From: Malacoraja senta | Taxonomy: Eukaryota | Direction of reading: 5' to 3' | Length of the DNA stretch: 64,000 nt | Assembly: GCA_038087875.1 (NCBI GenBank) | Contig: CM075985.1 | Location: forward strand, 24,552,001 to 24,616,000 | Part shown: positions 1 through 12,447 of the stretch, in pieces | How the letters are laid out: each line of letters opens with the position of its first letter | Numbering within the stretch: position 1 is the first letter of the stretch | Notes under the pieces: model-generated | The model's database searches: none | What the model saw: only the letters and a program-made list of their open reading frames with translations | Told to the model about the DNA's origin: nothing | Program-made: the position numbers and the translations under genes

Positions 1-720
1 GGAGATGCAGCAAGACCTGGTGTCATGGTACACCAGTCATTGAAAGTAGGCATGCAGGTGCAGCAGGCAGTGAAGAAAGCGAATGGTATGTTAGCTTTCA
101 TAGCAAAAGGATTTGAGTATAGGAGCAGGGAGGTTCTACTGCAGTTGTACAGGGTCTTGGTGAGACCACACCTGGAGTATTGCATACAGTTTTGGTCTCC
201 AAATCTGAGGAAGGACATTATAGCCATTGAGGGAGTGCAGAGAAGGTTCACCAGACTGATTCCTGGGATGTCAGGACTTTCATATGAGGCAAGACTGAAT
301 AGACTTGGCTTATACTCGCTAGAATTTAGGAGATTGAGAGGGGATCTTATAGAAACGTACAAAATTCTTATAGGGTTGGACAGGCTAGATGCAGGAACAT
401 TGTTCCCGATGTTGGGGAAGTCCAGGACAAGGGGTCACAGCTTAAGGATAAGGGGGAAATCCTTTAAGACCGAGATGAGAAAAAACGTTTTCACACAGAG
501 AGTGGTGAATCTCTGGAACTCTCTGCCACAGAGGGTAGTTGATGCCAGTTCATTGGCTATATTTAAGAGGGAGTTAGATGTGGCCCTTGTGGCTAAAGGG
601 ATCAGGGGGTATGGAGAGAAGGCAGGTATGGGATACTGAGTTGGATGATCAGCCATGATCATATTGAAGGGCCGAATGGCCTACTCCTGCACCTATTTTC
701 TATGTATCTATGTATCTATG
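1..720 (+). mobile_element. CR1-clade LINE, 3' end (runs off the left edge), young copy
   Basis: ORF 25-639 has CR1 C-terminal motifs (LYRVLVRPHLEYC, RRLRGDLIETYK, TRGHSL, RVVNLWNSLP) and ends in an 8-mer tandem tail (tctatgta)n. Confidence 0.92.
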
Positions 721-849
721 TGAGATGCTGTCCAGGTAATGAAAGTCTCAGATTCCTGGTATGTGCGGAGTTGCCAGTTCAGCTGGGGGCGCTGCAAATA
801 CCCATAACATGTCTGGAATATGGATGACCACAGTAAATCCTGGGACTGA

Positions 850-3100
850 TTATTGATCCTGATCATTGTTGTACAAGGTTCATGTACCTGATGGAGCAGC
901 TAACTACATGCTCCATCTCCTGACCAGGAGCAGCCATCGTCAGAGGAAACATGGGAGACGAGTTGGATTGCAGGTGAGACTGAAACAATGAGGTTTTGAA
1001 GTGCTCCCTCTCCAGCATTCTGCTGGTAAATGTACAGGCTACCTCGAACAAACTGGATGAACTTAAAGCTAGACTTGTGTAAGAAGGAACTGCAGATGCT
1101 GGTTTAAACCAAAGATAGACACAAAAAACTGGAGTAAATCAGTGGGACAGGCAGCATCTCTGGAGAGAAGGAATGGGTAATGTTTCAGGTCAAGACTGAA
1201 GAAGGATCTCGACCCGAAACGCAACCCATTCCTTCTCTCCAGAGATGCTGCCTGGCCCGCTGGGTTACTCTGGCTTTTGTGTTTAAAGCTAGACTTGTCC
1301 ACCTTAGAGGGACTGCTGTATGCTCTGTGGCTCACTCTTCCTCACCTAACAGTGCCATTCAATCAGAGGGCTTCTCGCTACACCAGATGGACTGCAGAGC
1401 ATCTTCGGGTAATAATTAACTCCGCATGATGCTCAGACGTGTTGGTCCTGACGAGCTTCTGCTCCCCAGAACTGGAATATCTTAGTGGTGTTGTTTTCCC
1501 TACCACCTGCCATGGGAATACCCTTGGGCTATCCTGACAACAGTCCACATTCCACTCCAGGCTGATGCTAAGCTTACACTTGAGCCAATAACCTTGAAAT
1601 TAAGTACCCTGAGGCCCCGGTCATAATAACCAGGGACTCAAATCAGGCCAACCTCAGGTATGTCCTGCCAAAATAATATCAGCACGTCTCCTGCTCAATC
1701 AGAGACCCAAACATCCTCGTCCACCGCTACACAACCATCAGGAACACATGCTGCTCAATCCCAGACCACACTTTGGTAAATCTGATCACTGGCCTGTGTT
1801 TTTACTCCCTGCTTACAAACAGTAACTGAAGTGGGAGAATCCGGTTCAGAAAGTCGTAGTTTTGGTCCGAGGAAACAGACGAGATACTTCGTGACTGCTA
1901 CGAGTCGGAGGACTGATCCATATTCAAGGACTCGGCAGCTGAGCAGGATGAATGAGCCTGCTGTCACAGACTTCATCAACAAGTGTGTAAAGGACCGTGT
2001 ACCAAAGACGACAATACATGTTCCCCTACTGGAAACGATGAATGAACCACAAGTTACACTCCCAGGTGAAGTCGAAGTCTGCAGCATTCAAGTCAAACAA
2101 TCCCGAGCAGTATAAGAAATCTATAACAACCTTAACAGACCCATTAAGGATGCAGAGGGGAATTGTGGGCCAACCTGGAGTCCCAAAGCAATGATATGGA
2201 CACCCACAGATTGTGACAGGGTAACAGGCTAAAACGGCCAGCATCATTGGCGACAACCGATTGCTCCCAATGAACTCAATGCATCTACTCTCGCTTTCAA
2301 CAGAAGGTGGGGGAGGACGTCACCTACCCTGCCAGTCTCAGGTGCACCCGTACCAACAGTTACCCGTGGCAGATGCGTGGTTGGCCTTCCCGAGTAAATC
2401 CGTGGAAAGGAGCTGGAGTCCCTGACCCTGGCCTCATGACCTGTGTGGATCAGCTGGCAGAGGTATTCACAGACATCTTTAACCTCTCACTGCTCCATTC
2501 TGAGGTGCCCACCTGCTTCAAGAAGACCACTATCATTCCAGTAGCAAAGAAAAGTGAGGTAGCATGTCTGAAGGACTACCAGACAATGGCTTTGATATCC
2601 ACCATTATTTAGCTTCAAAGTGATGGTGCACATTAACCCCAGCCTCCCCGCCTGCCTTGATCCACCCGCAGTTTACTTACAGTCACAAAGTGTTCACAGC
2701 AGACACCATCTTCCTGGTTCTAAATGACCCCAGTCATTTCTCCTTCGCCCTGCTCCCATCTGGCAGACAGTACAGAAGCTTTAAAGCAATCACCCCAAGA
2801 CTGAGGAACAGCTTCTTCCATTTTGTTATCAGCTTTTGAATGATTTTTTCATAAGCCAGAGTACTGCCGGATTCATCTCTACGCCATTGTGGACAATGGA
2901 CTTAGTCTGCGGAACTGATGCATCACAATGCTAAGAACATTATTCTGCACTCTGTATCTTCCCCTTTGGTCTACCTATTGTGCTTAAGTTTGACATGAAT
3001 GTAGTTATGTTTGGGTTACCCAATTTCTTTTTGGATAGTAAGCAAAACAAAGCTTTTCACTGTACTTCGGTGCCCATGACATGAACTGAACCTAAATATA
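850..3100 (+). mobile_element. Degenerate, internally deleted Rex1/Babar-like LINE
   Basis: Frameshifted remnants resembling GLQVRLK..LPSILL.NVQ..NKLDELKARL, DQLAEVFTDIFNLSL..SEVPTCFKKTTIIPV and LPSGRQYRS..T.RLRNSFF; 3' tail aaagcttttcactgtac; boundaries approximate. Confidence 0.8.
1079..1282. mobile_element. Penelope-like element tail, head-to-head inverted pair with hammerhead motif, inserted in the Rex1 copy
   Basis: 16-bp direct repeat ttaaagctagacttgt at 1063-1078 and 1283-1298; CTGAAGA at 1196, GAAAC at 1216. Confidence 0.8.
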
Positions 3101-3641
3101 TCAAGATTGCTGAATCAGATTAGTCCAAACTCAGCTGGGACATCCAAACAACTCATTGGCACCACTAAATCTATATCTGTGGCAAAAAGATCTAAATGAT
3201 ATTATCAATTATTGTATCAAGAGAACAGTACAACCAAGAGAATACAACTTTTTGGAGTGTTGAAGGAGAGGAATGACTGAATTACTACACAGCATTCTTT
3301 TTTTTTGCAGATTAGCACCAATATCCTCCAAAGAGGGAACAAAAAAAGTGTACGGTTTGACCCAACAAGACAATAAGTAGCAGTGCAACGTGGACGTGAG
3401 GAAAGGTCAAATGTTACATTTCACAGAGATCATTCACTAATTATATATATTATTTAGGTGCACAGCAAAATGGTGAAAATATGAATAAGGTGACAAGAGC
3501 AGATGCCTGAAGACACTTAGGATGATGAATGAACATTTAGATTGCAGTAGAGACGAGATCTGATTTCATGTTTCAAGGATATCAGAAGCTATACAACTAA
3601 TAATGATTGCAATTTAACTATGGGTCTATTGCCTAACTTAC

Positions 3642-3783
3642 TGAAGTCAGCAGGTTCTGTGTTCCCTCAATGTCTTCATTGGCTTGTTTGATGGCTTTTG
3701 TTGCTGAATTTTGTGCCCTTTCAGCTTCATTCAAGGCCTCCTTTACACGATCAGCTGTGACTTTAAGATCTGTTGCATGAATT
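3642..3783 (-). CDS. lamb1: lamb1 exon ~31 (coiled coil), 142 nt
   Basis: tgcag|(R)IHATDLKVTADRVKEALNEAERAQNSATKAIKQANEDIEGTQNLLTS|gtaagt; not captured by the ORF track. Confidence 0.94.
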
Positions 3784-4153
3784 CTGCAAGGGGCAAGAGT
3801 TAGGGAGACATCATGTTTAAAAAATAAATCAGCTTCTATTGTAGAGTGTATAATGCATCTGGGTTAGGTCTTGTAGGTTTGAGCCATTAAAATGGGGAAT
3901 GTCAAACAACATGCCAGGCAACCAGTAGTTTATAGTGTGGATTTAAAATGAATATTACTGGGAACTGAGTTTTAAATGACAGGTGGCAGCAACAGTAAAA
4001 ATTAGAATTGATATATTACAATATTAATCTGCATTTAGAAAGCTTTATTGCCTTTGAGTATCATTAACATACTTAAAATGAGCGAACAGGTAGAAAATAT
4101 TAATTTAAAGTAAATCTTCAGAGACATAGCTGGTAGATGAAGCAGGACATTAC

Positions 4154-4361
4154 CTGGATTTCCTGGCCTCATCCAGTAGCATTTCTGCTCGTTCAATGTC
4201 TGCTGCACTCTGGTTTAGGATCATCTCCACATCTGACAGACTCTCTACCCGGACACGAATGTCATTGGTCAGATTCTGCAGCTGCTCAGGAGTAGTTGGC
4301 ATTTCTAGTTTCAATACTTCATTGGCAACTGCTTCAATGCTCTCCAAGTCAGCACCATCCT
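4154..4361 (-). CDS. lamb1: lamb1 exon ~30 (coiled coil), 208 nt
   Basis: tgtag|(Q)DGADLESIEAVANEVLKLEMPTTPEQLQNLT...AEMLLDEARKS|gtaatg. Confidence 0.95.
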
Positions 4362-5369
4362 CTACATGAGAAGCAAAATAAAGCAGTTGAAATACTTTCA
4401 GATTAAGTGATTAATGTTCCAACGTAAAATGGTGTGTGATGCATAGCCACAGAAAAATAAAATAACCCAAAATATAATAGATAATTCCAAATTGATCACA
4501 CAGGACATCACTGAGAAATGACCAAAATACTGCTTCTTGTGGCTGATTTTGAGTAAACTGCAATTGATCTGTATTGTGAAAAATAAATCTACTTGTTTGA
4601 CTTCAACAGAATTTCTACACTAAATAGAAGTTTGATTGAAAATGCTGCAAAGGAAAATGCTGCAAAGGAATTTGCCACAAACAAAGAGTTTCATAATGTA
4701 AACTTTTATGTATGCATCGCTCTTGGATTTCTCATCTGTACTCGGATGTCATGATCGATTTTCTAAATATATAAAGTTATTAGTACAAATCATGTTCTAT
4801 TATCTTACTAAGAATCCAGCTTGAATGTTGACTGTTTCTGTCTAATGGACACAGAAGAAACACTATATGAATGTGTCAGAAATATCCAAGTGGTTACAGT
4901 CTGTTTCCAAGATGCTGTGTTAATACAACTAAATAACAGCATATTCTCCTGTGTCGATGCTGTTTTCTCAAGACAAACAGGCTTGTAGATTAATGATCAG
5001 TGTGATTTGTCCCTAGTAAGATCTAGGAACTGGGAGAGGAGGGCTTGGGTAATTAGAGGAAGAATGCAAGATGAGGTTCCGGGGAAAATTAATGGGGAAA
5101 TGGGTTTGCTCTGTGAAATGGCATAGACTCAATATGCAGAAATGCCTGCCTGTGTCATAAGGAAAGATGGGAAAATACAATCCATTAATTTAAAAACAAA
5201 TCTTTGATAAGAGAAGACTAGAAATATAGTTGATGCAACTATATTATAGATCATCAGCTCAAATTGAAAGTTTTTCTTGTTCGGTCTCTTGGGTGTCAGA
5301 ACATGCAATAGACAAGTTAGCGAAAAGAGAAAAAGAGCAGCAGCGGTTCAGGCTGGCTTTATACAATAA

Positions 5370-5830
5370 AAATGATGAGCGTTTGACGGCACTGGGCCAC
5401 TACTCTTTGGAGTTTGGAAGGATGAGAGGGAACCTCATTGAAACTTACTGAACAGGGAAAGGCCTGGATCGAGTGGATGTGGAGAGGATATTTTCACCAG
5501 TGGGAGAGTCTAGGACCAGAGGACATAGCCTCAGAATTAAAGGACACTCCTTTAGGAAGGAGATGATGAGGAATTTCTTCAGTCAGAGGGTGGTGAATCT
5601 GTGGAATTCATTTCTACAGAAGGCTGTGGAGGTCAAGTCAATGGATATTTTTATGGCAGAGATAGATTCTTGATTAGTATGGGTGTCTGGGGTTATGGAG
5701 AGAAGGCAGGAGAATGGGGTTAAAAGGGAAAGATAGATCAGCCATGATTGAATGGCGGAGTAGACTTGATGGGCCGAATGGACTAATTCGGCTCCTATCA
5801 TTTATGAACTTATGAAAAATACACTTATGA
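5370..5830 (+). mobile_element. CR1 LINE 3' fragment
   Basis: YSLEFGRMRGNLIETY and SRTRGHSLRIKG..FFSQRVVNLWNS; (ttatgaac)n-type tail. Confidence 0.88.
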
Positions 5831-6257
5831 ACTTATTGAAATGAACTTGATCAAATGGGTGTGTTGTGGACACATGGAACTGCAGATGCTGGCTTACAAA
5901 GTGTACTGCTGGATTGACCCTTCTGGAGCAGTGGCAATACAGCAGCAGGTGATATAGACGGGGCAGTCTACAAACAAATTGTACAAAGTAATGTGATCGA
6001 TGCAAAGTGTCTCAATAGAATAAAGACATTACAATTTTGATTTATATGGAGTGTTCTGAGATTATACAAATAAGCATCTATAACAGACTGGTGTTGTTTT
6101 CAGGACAGCAATACAAATTTAACATCAAACTCAGAGCATTTGGGACCCCATGATCATTTGGCTCATTCCTTATCTGGTTATGAGGACACCGACTTTAAAT
6201 AATCATGCCTAGATAAATGCAAGATAACATTAAAAACTGATTCACTTCAATACTTAC

Positions 6258-6402
6258 GTGTAAGAAATTCTCTGATTTGTTTGATTAGATTTCTCAAATC
6301 TTCATTGCTCTTATCCACTTTTTCTTTTGTTGCATTTGTTTTTAACAGTACTTTTTGTGCATTTAGCTTAGCCTCATCTGCTTTCACTTTTGCATCAGTG
6401 AC
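6258..6402 (-). CDS. lamb1: lamb1 exon ~29 (coiled coil), 145 nt
   Basis: tgcag|VTDAKVKADEAKLNAQKVLLKTNATKEKVDKSNEDLRNLIKQIREFLT|gtaagt. Confidence 0.95.
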
Positions 6403-6769
6403 CTGCAGGGATATAAAATTACCACCTATTAATGCTCCACGTATTATACGTAAACAGTTAATGAAACCTGTTAAATTGCAGCCGCACAAAAATTGTGACA
6501 GACTTGCAACTTATGTGGATAACAACAAAAAATACTTTCCTTGGCAATTGACCAGTATCTAAACTGTATAATTTTATAAAAATGCCAACAAAATGACAAA
6601 AAGGCAGGGTACTGTTTAATTCCAGCAAAGAATGAAATTAGAAACGGCACCATCCCTTAGTCTCTGTGTAGACCTATTCCACCTTAATCAGCATGTGCTG
6701 TTATTGCCAAGTACTGCAGCCAACTGTTTGCCGACTTTGTTCTCTTTAATTTCTTGTTTCCTATAATTT

Positions 6770-7245
6770 GCAATGCATTTGAAGAAAATGGCTTCCAAAC
6801 ACTGTCCACTGTCATATCCAGCAGCACATTTCAGCCAAAGTACTTTTGAAACAGTTCCAGAAGAAAATGCAAAACCTAATTTGCATGCAACAAACAGCAA
6901 TTGCGCTAAAATGTTTTAGATTTCCACCAACAGCTCCTGCCAATGGCACTAAAATGTTTTAGACACTTGCTTCAAGAATCAACCCATATCTGAATGCTAG
7001 GAGCAACTCCTCTGTTTTTCTCTGAACTAGTAATATGGAATGCTTTTATGCAGGGTGGAAGTGCAGAAAGGGGCTTTGATTAATGTCTCATCCAACATGT
7101 AATCTCTCTGACAGTGCTGCATTCCAGTCAAAAAGGACTAGAACATCAGCCGAGATTTTACTGCTCAAATCTCAGGTGGGTCTAATACCTGGCATCCTTT
7201 GACTCACTGGGCAGATTGTTGTTTGCCACAGATACTAACTGATGA
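6770..7245 (-). mobile_element. Probable ancient Deu-domain SINE relic (SacSINE1-like)
   Basis: Blocks cagccaaagtacttttgaa, taatgtctcatcc..ctctgacagtgctgca, tcagccgagatttt..gctcaa and cctttgactca resemble the recalled shark Deu-SINE consensus in reverse; highly diverged. Confidence 0.55.
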
Positions 7246-7732
7246 ATGGAAAGAACAGTTACAGCCCCACCCTCTCACCAATGGATGCATAAACTCAACG
7301 TACTAAATGTCCTTGCTTCCTATCCTGGCCCTGTGGACCAGCTTTGCTATCGTTCATCCTTTGCTTAATGAAAAACACAGATTTCTGGTTCAGTCAATTT
7401 TAAAATGTATACCATTGCTTTCAACCTTCCCCATCTTCAGCTGAAACATTCAAATTTTTAAGCTTCTCCAAATCTGGCTTCCTACACATTCGCAGTTTTT
7501 ATAAATCAACCATTTATGAGCATGCATATCTCTCTGGCTTCTGTTCTAAAGTTACCCTTCAAAAGTCTGCCTTTCCCCATTTTAAGGCTGAAACTCCTTA
7601 GCACTCCCATTGAACAATTTTTAGTTTTTGATTCCCAACATCTTTGTATCTCGGCATCAAATTTTGTTTACTAATGCCTTTGAAATACACACAGATATTT
7701 TACATGTCAGAGATTGTTGTTGTTGAGATAGC

Positions 7733-8016
7733 TTTAGATTTTAGAGATACAGCGTGGGAACGGACCCTTCAGTCAACCGAGTCCGAGCCAACCAACAACC
7801 GCCCATACACTAGTTCTATTCTACACACTAGAGAGAATTTACATAAGCCAATTAACCTACACCTCTGTGGAATGTGGGAGATAACTGGAGCACCCGGAGG
7901 AAACCCACGCATTCACAGGGAGAATGTACAAACTCCGTACAGACAGCACCCGTAGTCAGGATCAAACTCAGGTCTCTGGTGCTGTTGAGGCAGCAACTCT
8001 ACTACTGTGCCACCCC
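7733..8016 (-). mobile_element. tRNA-derived V-SINE (HE1-like)
   Basis: Reverse strand has a tRNA-like head (gtggcacagtagtagagttgctgcctc..), V-domain (tgctgtctgtacggagtttgtacattctccctgtg) and a LINE-like tail. Confidence 0.85.
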
Positions 8017-8771
8017 TAAATCCCACTGCATTGCAGAGGTAATCCCACTGGAATGAGTTGTCGAGCTAAACCTGCCCAAAGCACTCAGATGTTTAATGCA
8101 GTATAAATAGTACTTCTGTTATGGCCATCTGTGGGAATTGAGAAGCTTATTATCTTTTATCAGATTCTATTGAAAGGTCAGTAGTCTGAAATAGTGACTG
8201 GATCTCCCCACCTAATTTGCAGGACTCCACCCCCCCCTTCGAGTATTTCGAACATTTTTATTTTTTATTTCATATCTCTTGGATCTGTATTGCATTGTTT
8301 CTGTATTAAAAAACATCACCCATCATGGAGACAGTGAGTTCCTGAAAGCTGTTCATATATATAGTTTGTCATTGTATTAAAATTGAATTGCACAATAATG
8401 GGAACTCATACAAAAATGAATCCAAACAATCCAGATATTTATACCAAAGGCAAATTAATTAGTTCTCCTCTTGATCAAATATCACAGAAAGTTTATGTTG
8501 TATAATGCAGACAACTGCAAGAGATTCATGTTTTTGTACATGATGCACAAATTAAGTATTATCTTATTCCAAACTTTCTGCAGAATGGTGTTGTTGGCCT
8601 TGATTTTGGAATCAGTACCAACTAGTGTGTTGGCAAATGCTATATTACTGACTGCTGTGGCAGGATTTGCTGTCAAAGGGGTTTGTGTTTTTGGAGTGGC
8701 AAAACAAAGCTACAACTTACTTTAAAAATTCATTTTATTTCTTTCAACTATGTCGCTGAAAAGGAACATAC

Positions 8772-8975
8772 CATTTTGGAGAGCTGATCCACTTCTGCCA
8801 GAGCGTTAAGGATATCTGTATCAAAATCCATAGAATTCTGCCATGCGTTGTGTGCTAAAGTTACGAGTCCATCACAGCCTGGCCCTCCACACTTCCTAGT
8901 TTTGTCATCAGCTCGACAATTTGGACCTCCGCACTTTGCCACATCACAAGGTATACCGGCAGGACTCCCGCAAAC
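8772..8975 (-). CDS. lamb1: lamb1 exon ~28 (L-beta knob, domain alpha), 204 nt
   Basis: tccag|VCGSPAGIPCDVAKCGGPNCRADDKTRKCGGPGCDGLVTLAHNAWQ...DQLSKM|gtatgt. Confidence 0.95.
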
Positions 8976-9099
8976 CTGGACAAGCACACAAGTGTAGTTT
9001 AAACAAATTAGGTTTTGCACAACGTATTTTCCTTTAATCAAGAAAGGCTGAAGTGATTTAAAGGAAGATTTATAAAATTAGGATTGAGAGTGTAAATAG

Positions 9100-10140
9100 T
9101 AGCAATGTTACAACATTTTGAGATTTAAAAAATAAAGTCTGCAATTTATCCCATCAGATAAAGCATAAAAAGAAGTTTAATTTGACACTTAATTCACTTT
9201 CATATCTTCAGTATTAAAAAAGTTATGGCCATTATCATACTCAGAAATTAGCATCTAGTTCCCTATTGCTTTTCCATTGACTTAACACAAAAGCTGTGAT
9301 CGAGGACAGTTAAAAGCCCATAACTTTCTTAAAAATTATGGTAACTGAAAGAAATTTTCAGGTATTATAGATTGAAGCATTCTGAAACAAATATGAAACA
9401 ATCTTACTTCGAAGACGTGAAAGTAAAGCATATAATTAGTTAGTTACCTAATTGTAGCTAATTACAAAATTCAATTACTAGATCTAAACATCTATCAATT
9501 TCTTAAGAATAGATTAACATTTTTAAATAGCCTAAGTGTCCAAATAACATTCACACAATAATTCACAATATAACATAATTTTTAAATCTAATTTTCATGA
9601 ATTTACAGGCCAAATGGAAGGAATTGAATGTTTAATACCTGTAAATTAATGGGGATTTAATTCATCTTGCGAGTGAGAATTTCTGGAACGCGATCTTTTG
9701 GAACGTTCATTTGCGGTGAATTTAACCCCGTATTGGCATGAAAAATACTGCCGTTAATTCGGGGAATAAAATCACCGTGTCGCATGACAAAATGTGAATT
9801 AAAGGCTTCTTAAGAAGCACTTTTATACATTTAAAGAAAGCACTTTCGTTTACCTGTCCATTGTGTGAAATCCGTCCCCGTTATTGGCGTTGACGCTTCA
9901 GGAGCTGCTTTTAAAACTACTGTAGCGCTGACATTGACGATTTAATTTAAAAAAAAAAATCACAAAACGGCGGTAGGAACGATTTTGTCAGCGAAGTTTT
10001 GTACTCCAACAAAATATTTCCAGGACAAGCGAGGAGAAACCGCGTTTTAACCCCGCCCCCCCCTTAAAGGCGCCAAAATCGCGCACACGGCCAGTGGCAG
10101 AATTACAGCGCGACTGAAGGTAAGTTTTGTAACATACCTA
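9100..10140. mobile_element. Non-autonomous DNA transposon (1041 bp) with 14-bp imperfect TIRs and 7-bp TSD
   Basis: Left end tagcaatgttacaa; right end reverse complement taggtatgttacaa; taaatag at 9093-9099 and 10141-10147; no ORF; CpG-richer right half. Confidence 0.75.
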
Positions 10141-10389
10141 TAAATAGGTCAATTTCACATTCACAATATTGAAAGGTTAAACCACAATTTAGATGGAGTG
10201 CATCCATTTTGAACGTTATAATTAAGAATCAGCATTAACTGGCAAATGTGCATTTCTGTCACTGAAAACGTCTACATGTCTTTTTTCACTGCATCACTAG
10301 AAATGGTTGGTTAGAGCAGAACATAGGAATTCCTCTAATGCTTTATAATGTTAAAATTAGCCATGAAGGTGTAGAAACAAAAACTGTAC

Positions 10390-10631
10390 CTTTTCACTTA
10401 ATGGTGAAAGGTCTAGGCTCTCCAATTTATCCGCCAATTCTTCCAGGCTCTGTGAATGTTCCTTTTGCTGTTCTCCAAACTGACCCTCTCTCTCTGTAAT
10501 CATTTCATCCACCTTTTCTCGAATGGTGGAAGATTCTAGTAGTGTATTGTCAGGATCGGTGGTGGAAGCATTAACTTTTTCCTCAGCCTCTACAGATTGC
10601 TTATAGTATTTCTGCACACTGTCCAAGGCGC
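10390..10631 (-). CDS. lamb1: lamb1 exon ~27 (coiled coil), 242 nt
   Basis: tatag|(G)ALDSVQKYYKQSVEAEEKVNAS...LESLDLSPLSEK|gtacag. Confidence 0.95.
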
Positions 10632-10907
10632 CTATAATTGTAAAGATTAGAAAATACCAAATCATACTTTGTCTTTAGTATTATAAAAATGAATTCTGCA
10701 GAACAGAAAATTTGGTCTACTGTTTATAAATGATATATCTAACCTTAACGATTTAGGACCATGAAAAATAAACTTTTTGCACTGGTAAAGTCAACTATAG
10801 CAGTGTGACCCAATATAGAAATTAACACCGTGATACATTAAACTGAAATACTTAGAACAAATTATGGCTTTTACATCAACAGACAACATGGAGAATTGTT
10901 TAGATAT

Positions 10908-11805
10908 AATAGTCATGGAATCCTACAGCATGGAAACAGGCCCTTTGGCCCAACTTACTCACACTGGTCAACATGTCCCATGTACACTGGTCCCACCTGC
11001 CCACATTTGGCCCATATCCCTATAAACCTGTCCTATCCATGTACCTGTCTAAATGTTTCATAAATGTTGTGATAGTACCTGCCTCAACTAACTGCCTCAA
11101 TGATAGTACCTGCCTCAACAATAGCAGCTCGTTCCATACACACACCACCGTTTAATAGGAATCCGATGGCTCGGGTTCCTATTAAATTATCCTCCCACCC
11201 CCCCCCCCCCCCCCCACCTTAAAACTATGTCCTCTGGTTCTCGATTTCCTTACAATGGGCAAGAAACTAGTCTCTTACTCTGGGCAAGAGACTGCTTCTA
11301 CCCGATCTATTTGTCTCATGATTTTGTACTCATCCTCCTGTGCTCCAAGGAATAGAGTCCTAACCTGCTCAACATCTCTTCATAGCTCAGGCCCTCGAGT
11401 CCTGGCAACATGCTCGTGAATCTTCTCTGCACCCTTTCCAGCTTGACAACATCTTTCCTATAAAATGGTGCCCAAAACTGAACACAATACTCTAAATCCA
11501 GCCTCAGCAATGCCTTATACAACTGCAACACGACCTAACTTCTATACTCAATGCTCTGATTGATGAAGACCAAAGTGCCAAAAGTCTTTTTGACCACCCT
11601 ATGCCACTTTCAATAAAATATGTACCTGTACTCCTAGATCCCTCTGCTCAACAACACTCCCCAGAGCCCTACCATTCACTGTTTAGGTTCTGCCCATGTC
11701 AGTGCTCCCAAACTACAACACCTCACATTTCTCTGTATTAAATTCCATCAACCATTCCTCAGCCCACTTGCCCAACCGATCAAGATCCTGCTGCAATTTT
11801 TGACA
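10908..11805 (-). mobile_element. CR1 LINE 3' fragment
   Basis: ORF 11316-11531 LQLYKALLRLDLEYCVQFWAP..LERVQRRFT..LGLYSLE, plus a CR1-type 3' UTR. Confidence 0.88.
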
Positions 11806-12002
11806 ATGTTTATAAAAGCAGTTACATTTTTGAAATAATCTGAATACCTAAACATTCTTTAGAATGTTGCAATGTGCTTAGCATTTCTAAATTATACTCG
11901 CACCATTTGAAATTCAGGGCAAACCAACCACAGATGTGCTGGGCAGGTTATTTTTCATTTGAAGTTATATTACAACTTAATTAAATATAAATCTATACTT
12001 GC

Positions 12003-12187
12003 CGTGGATATCAGAGTTCTTAATGTATTCCAGTCGCTCTGCTAGCTCAGTTACAATAGCTTTCAAACCCTCAGTGTCACTCTGAAGATCACTTAGTTCT
12101 GTGGCAGTCACATTATTTTGGTTCTCTGTTGCTGCAAGATCTGATTCCATTGCATTCACCTTTTTTGCAAGATCAGCTACTTTCTTC
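12003..12187 (-). CDS. lamb1: lamb1 exon ~26 (coiled coil), 185 nt, GC donor
   Basis: ttcag|(K)KKVADLAKKVNAMESDL...LAERLEYIKNSDIH-G|gcaagt; the phase fits the next exon only with the GC donor. Confidence 0.9.
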
Positions 12188-12339
12188 CTGAAATATCAAG
12201 AGTTTGAGAGCTTAGTACCATTATTTCATTTAAGAATGGCATTTGTGAAAGTTCTTAATTCAACACTTTTAACTGGTATTCATAGGAATTTGGACACCCT
12301 TGCACATGACTATTCACAAAAAGAGGGAGGTATGGATGT

Positions 12340-12447
12340 TTAAAAAAGAACTGCAGATGCTGGAAAAATTGAAGGAAGACAAAATGCTAGAGAAACTCAG
12401 CGGATGAGGCAACATCTATGGAGAGAAGGAATTGGCGACGTTTCGGA
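12340..12447 (-). mobile_element. Penelope-like tail fragment
   Basis: aagaactgcagatgctgg...gaaactcagcgg...ggcgacgtttcgg, the reverse of the hammerhead-tail consensus. Confidence 0.75.

Noticed and set aside
1-3641. lamb1 as a truncated pseudogene (no start or stop exon seen)
   Set aside because: All 28 exons join in phase with intact splice sites; the missing exons are expected beyond the window edges.
11196-11216. Poly-C runs (also about 39121 and 41235) as functional elements
   Set aside because: Simple homopolymers in or near repeats, with no further structure.
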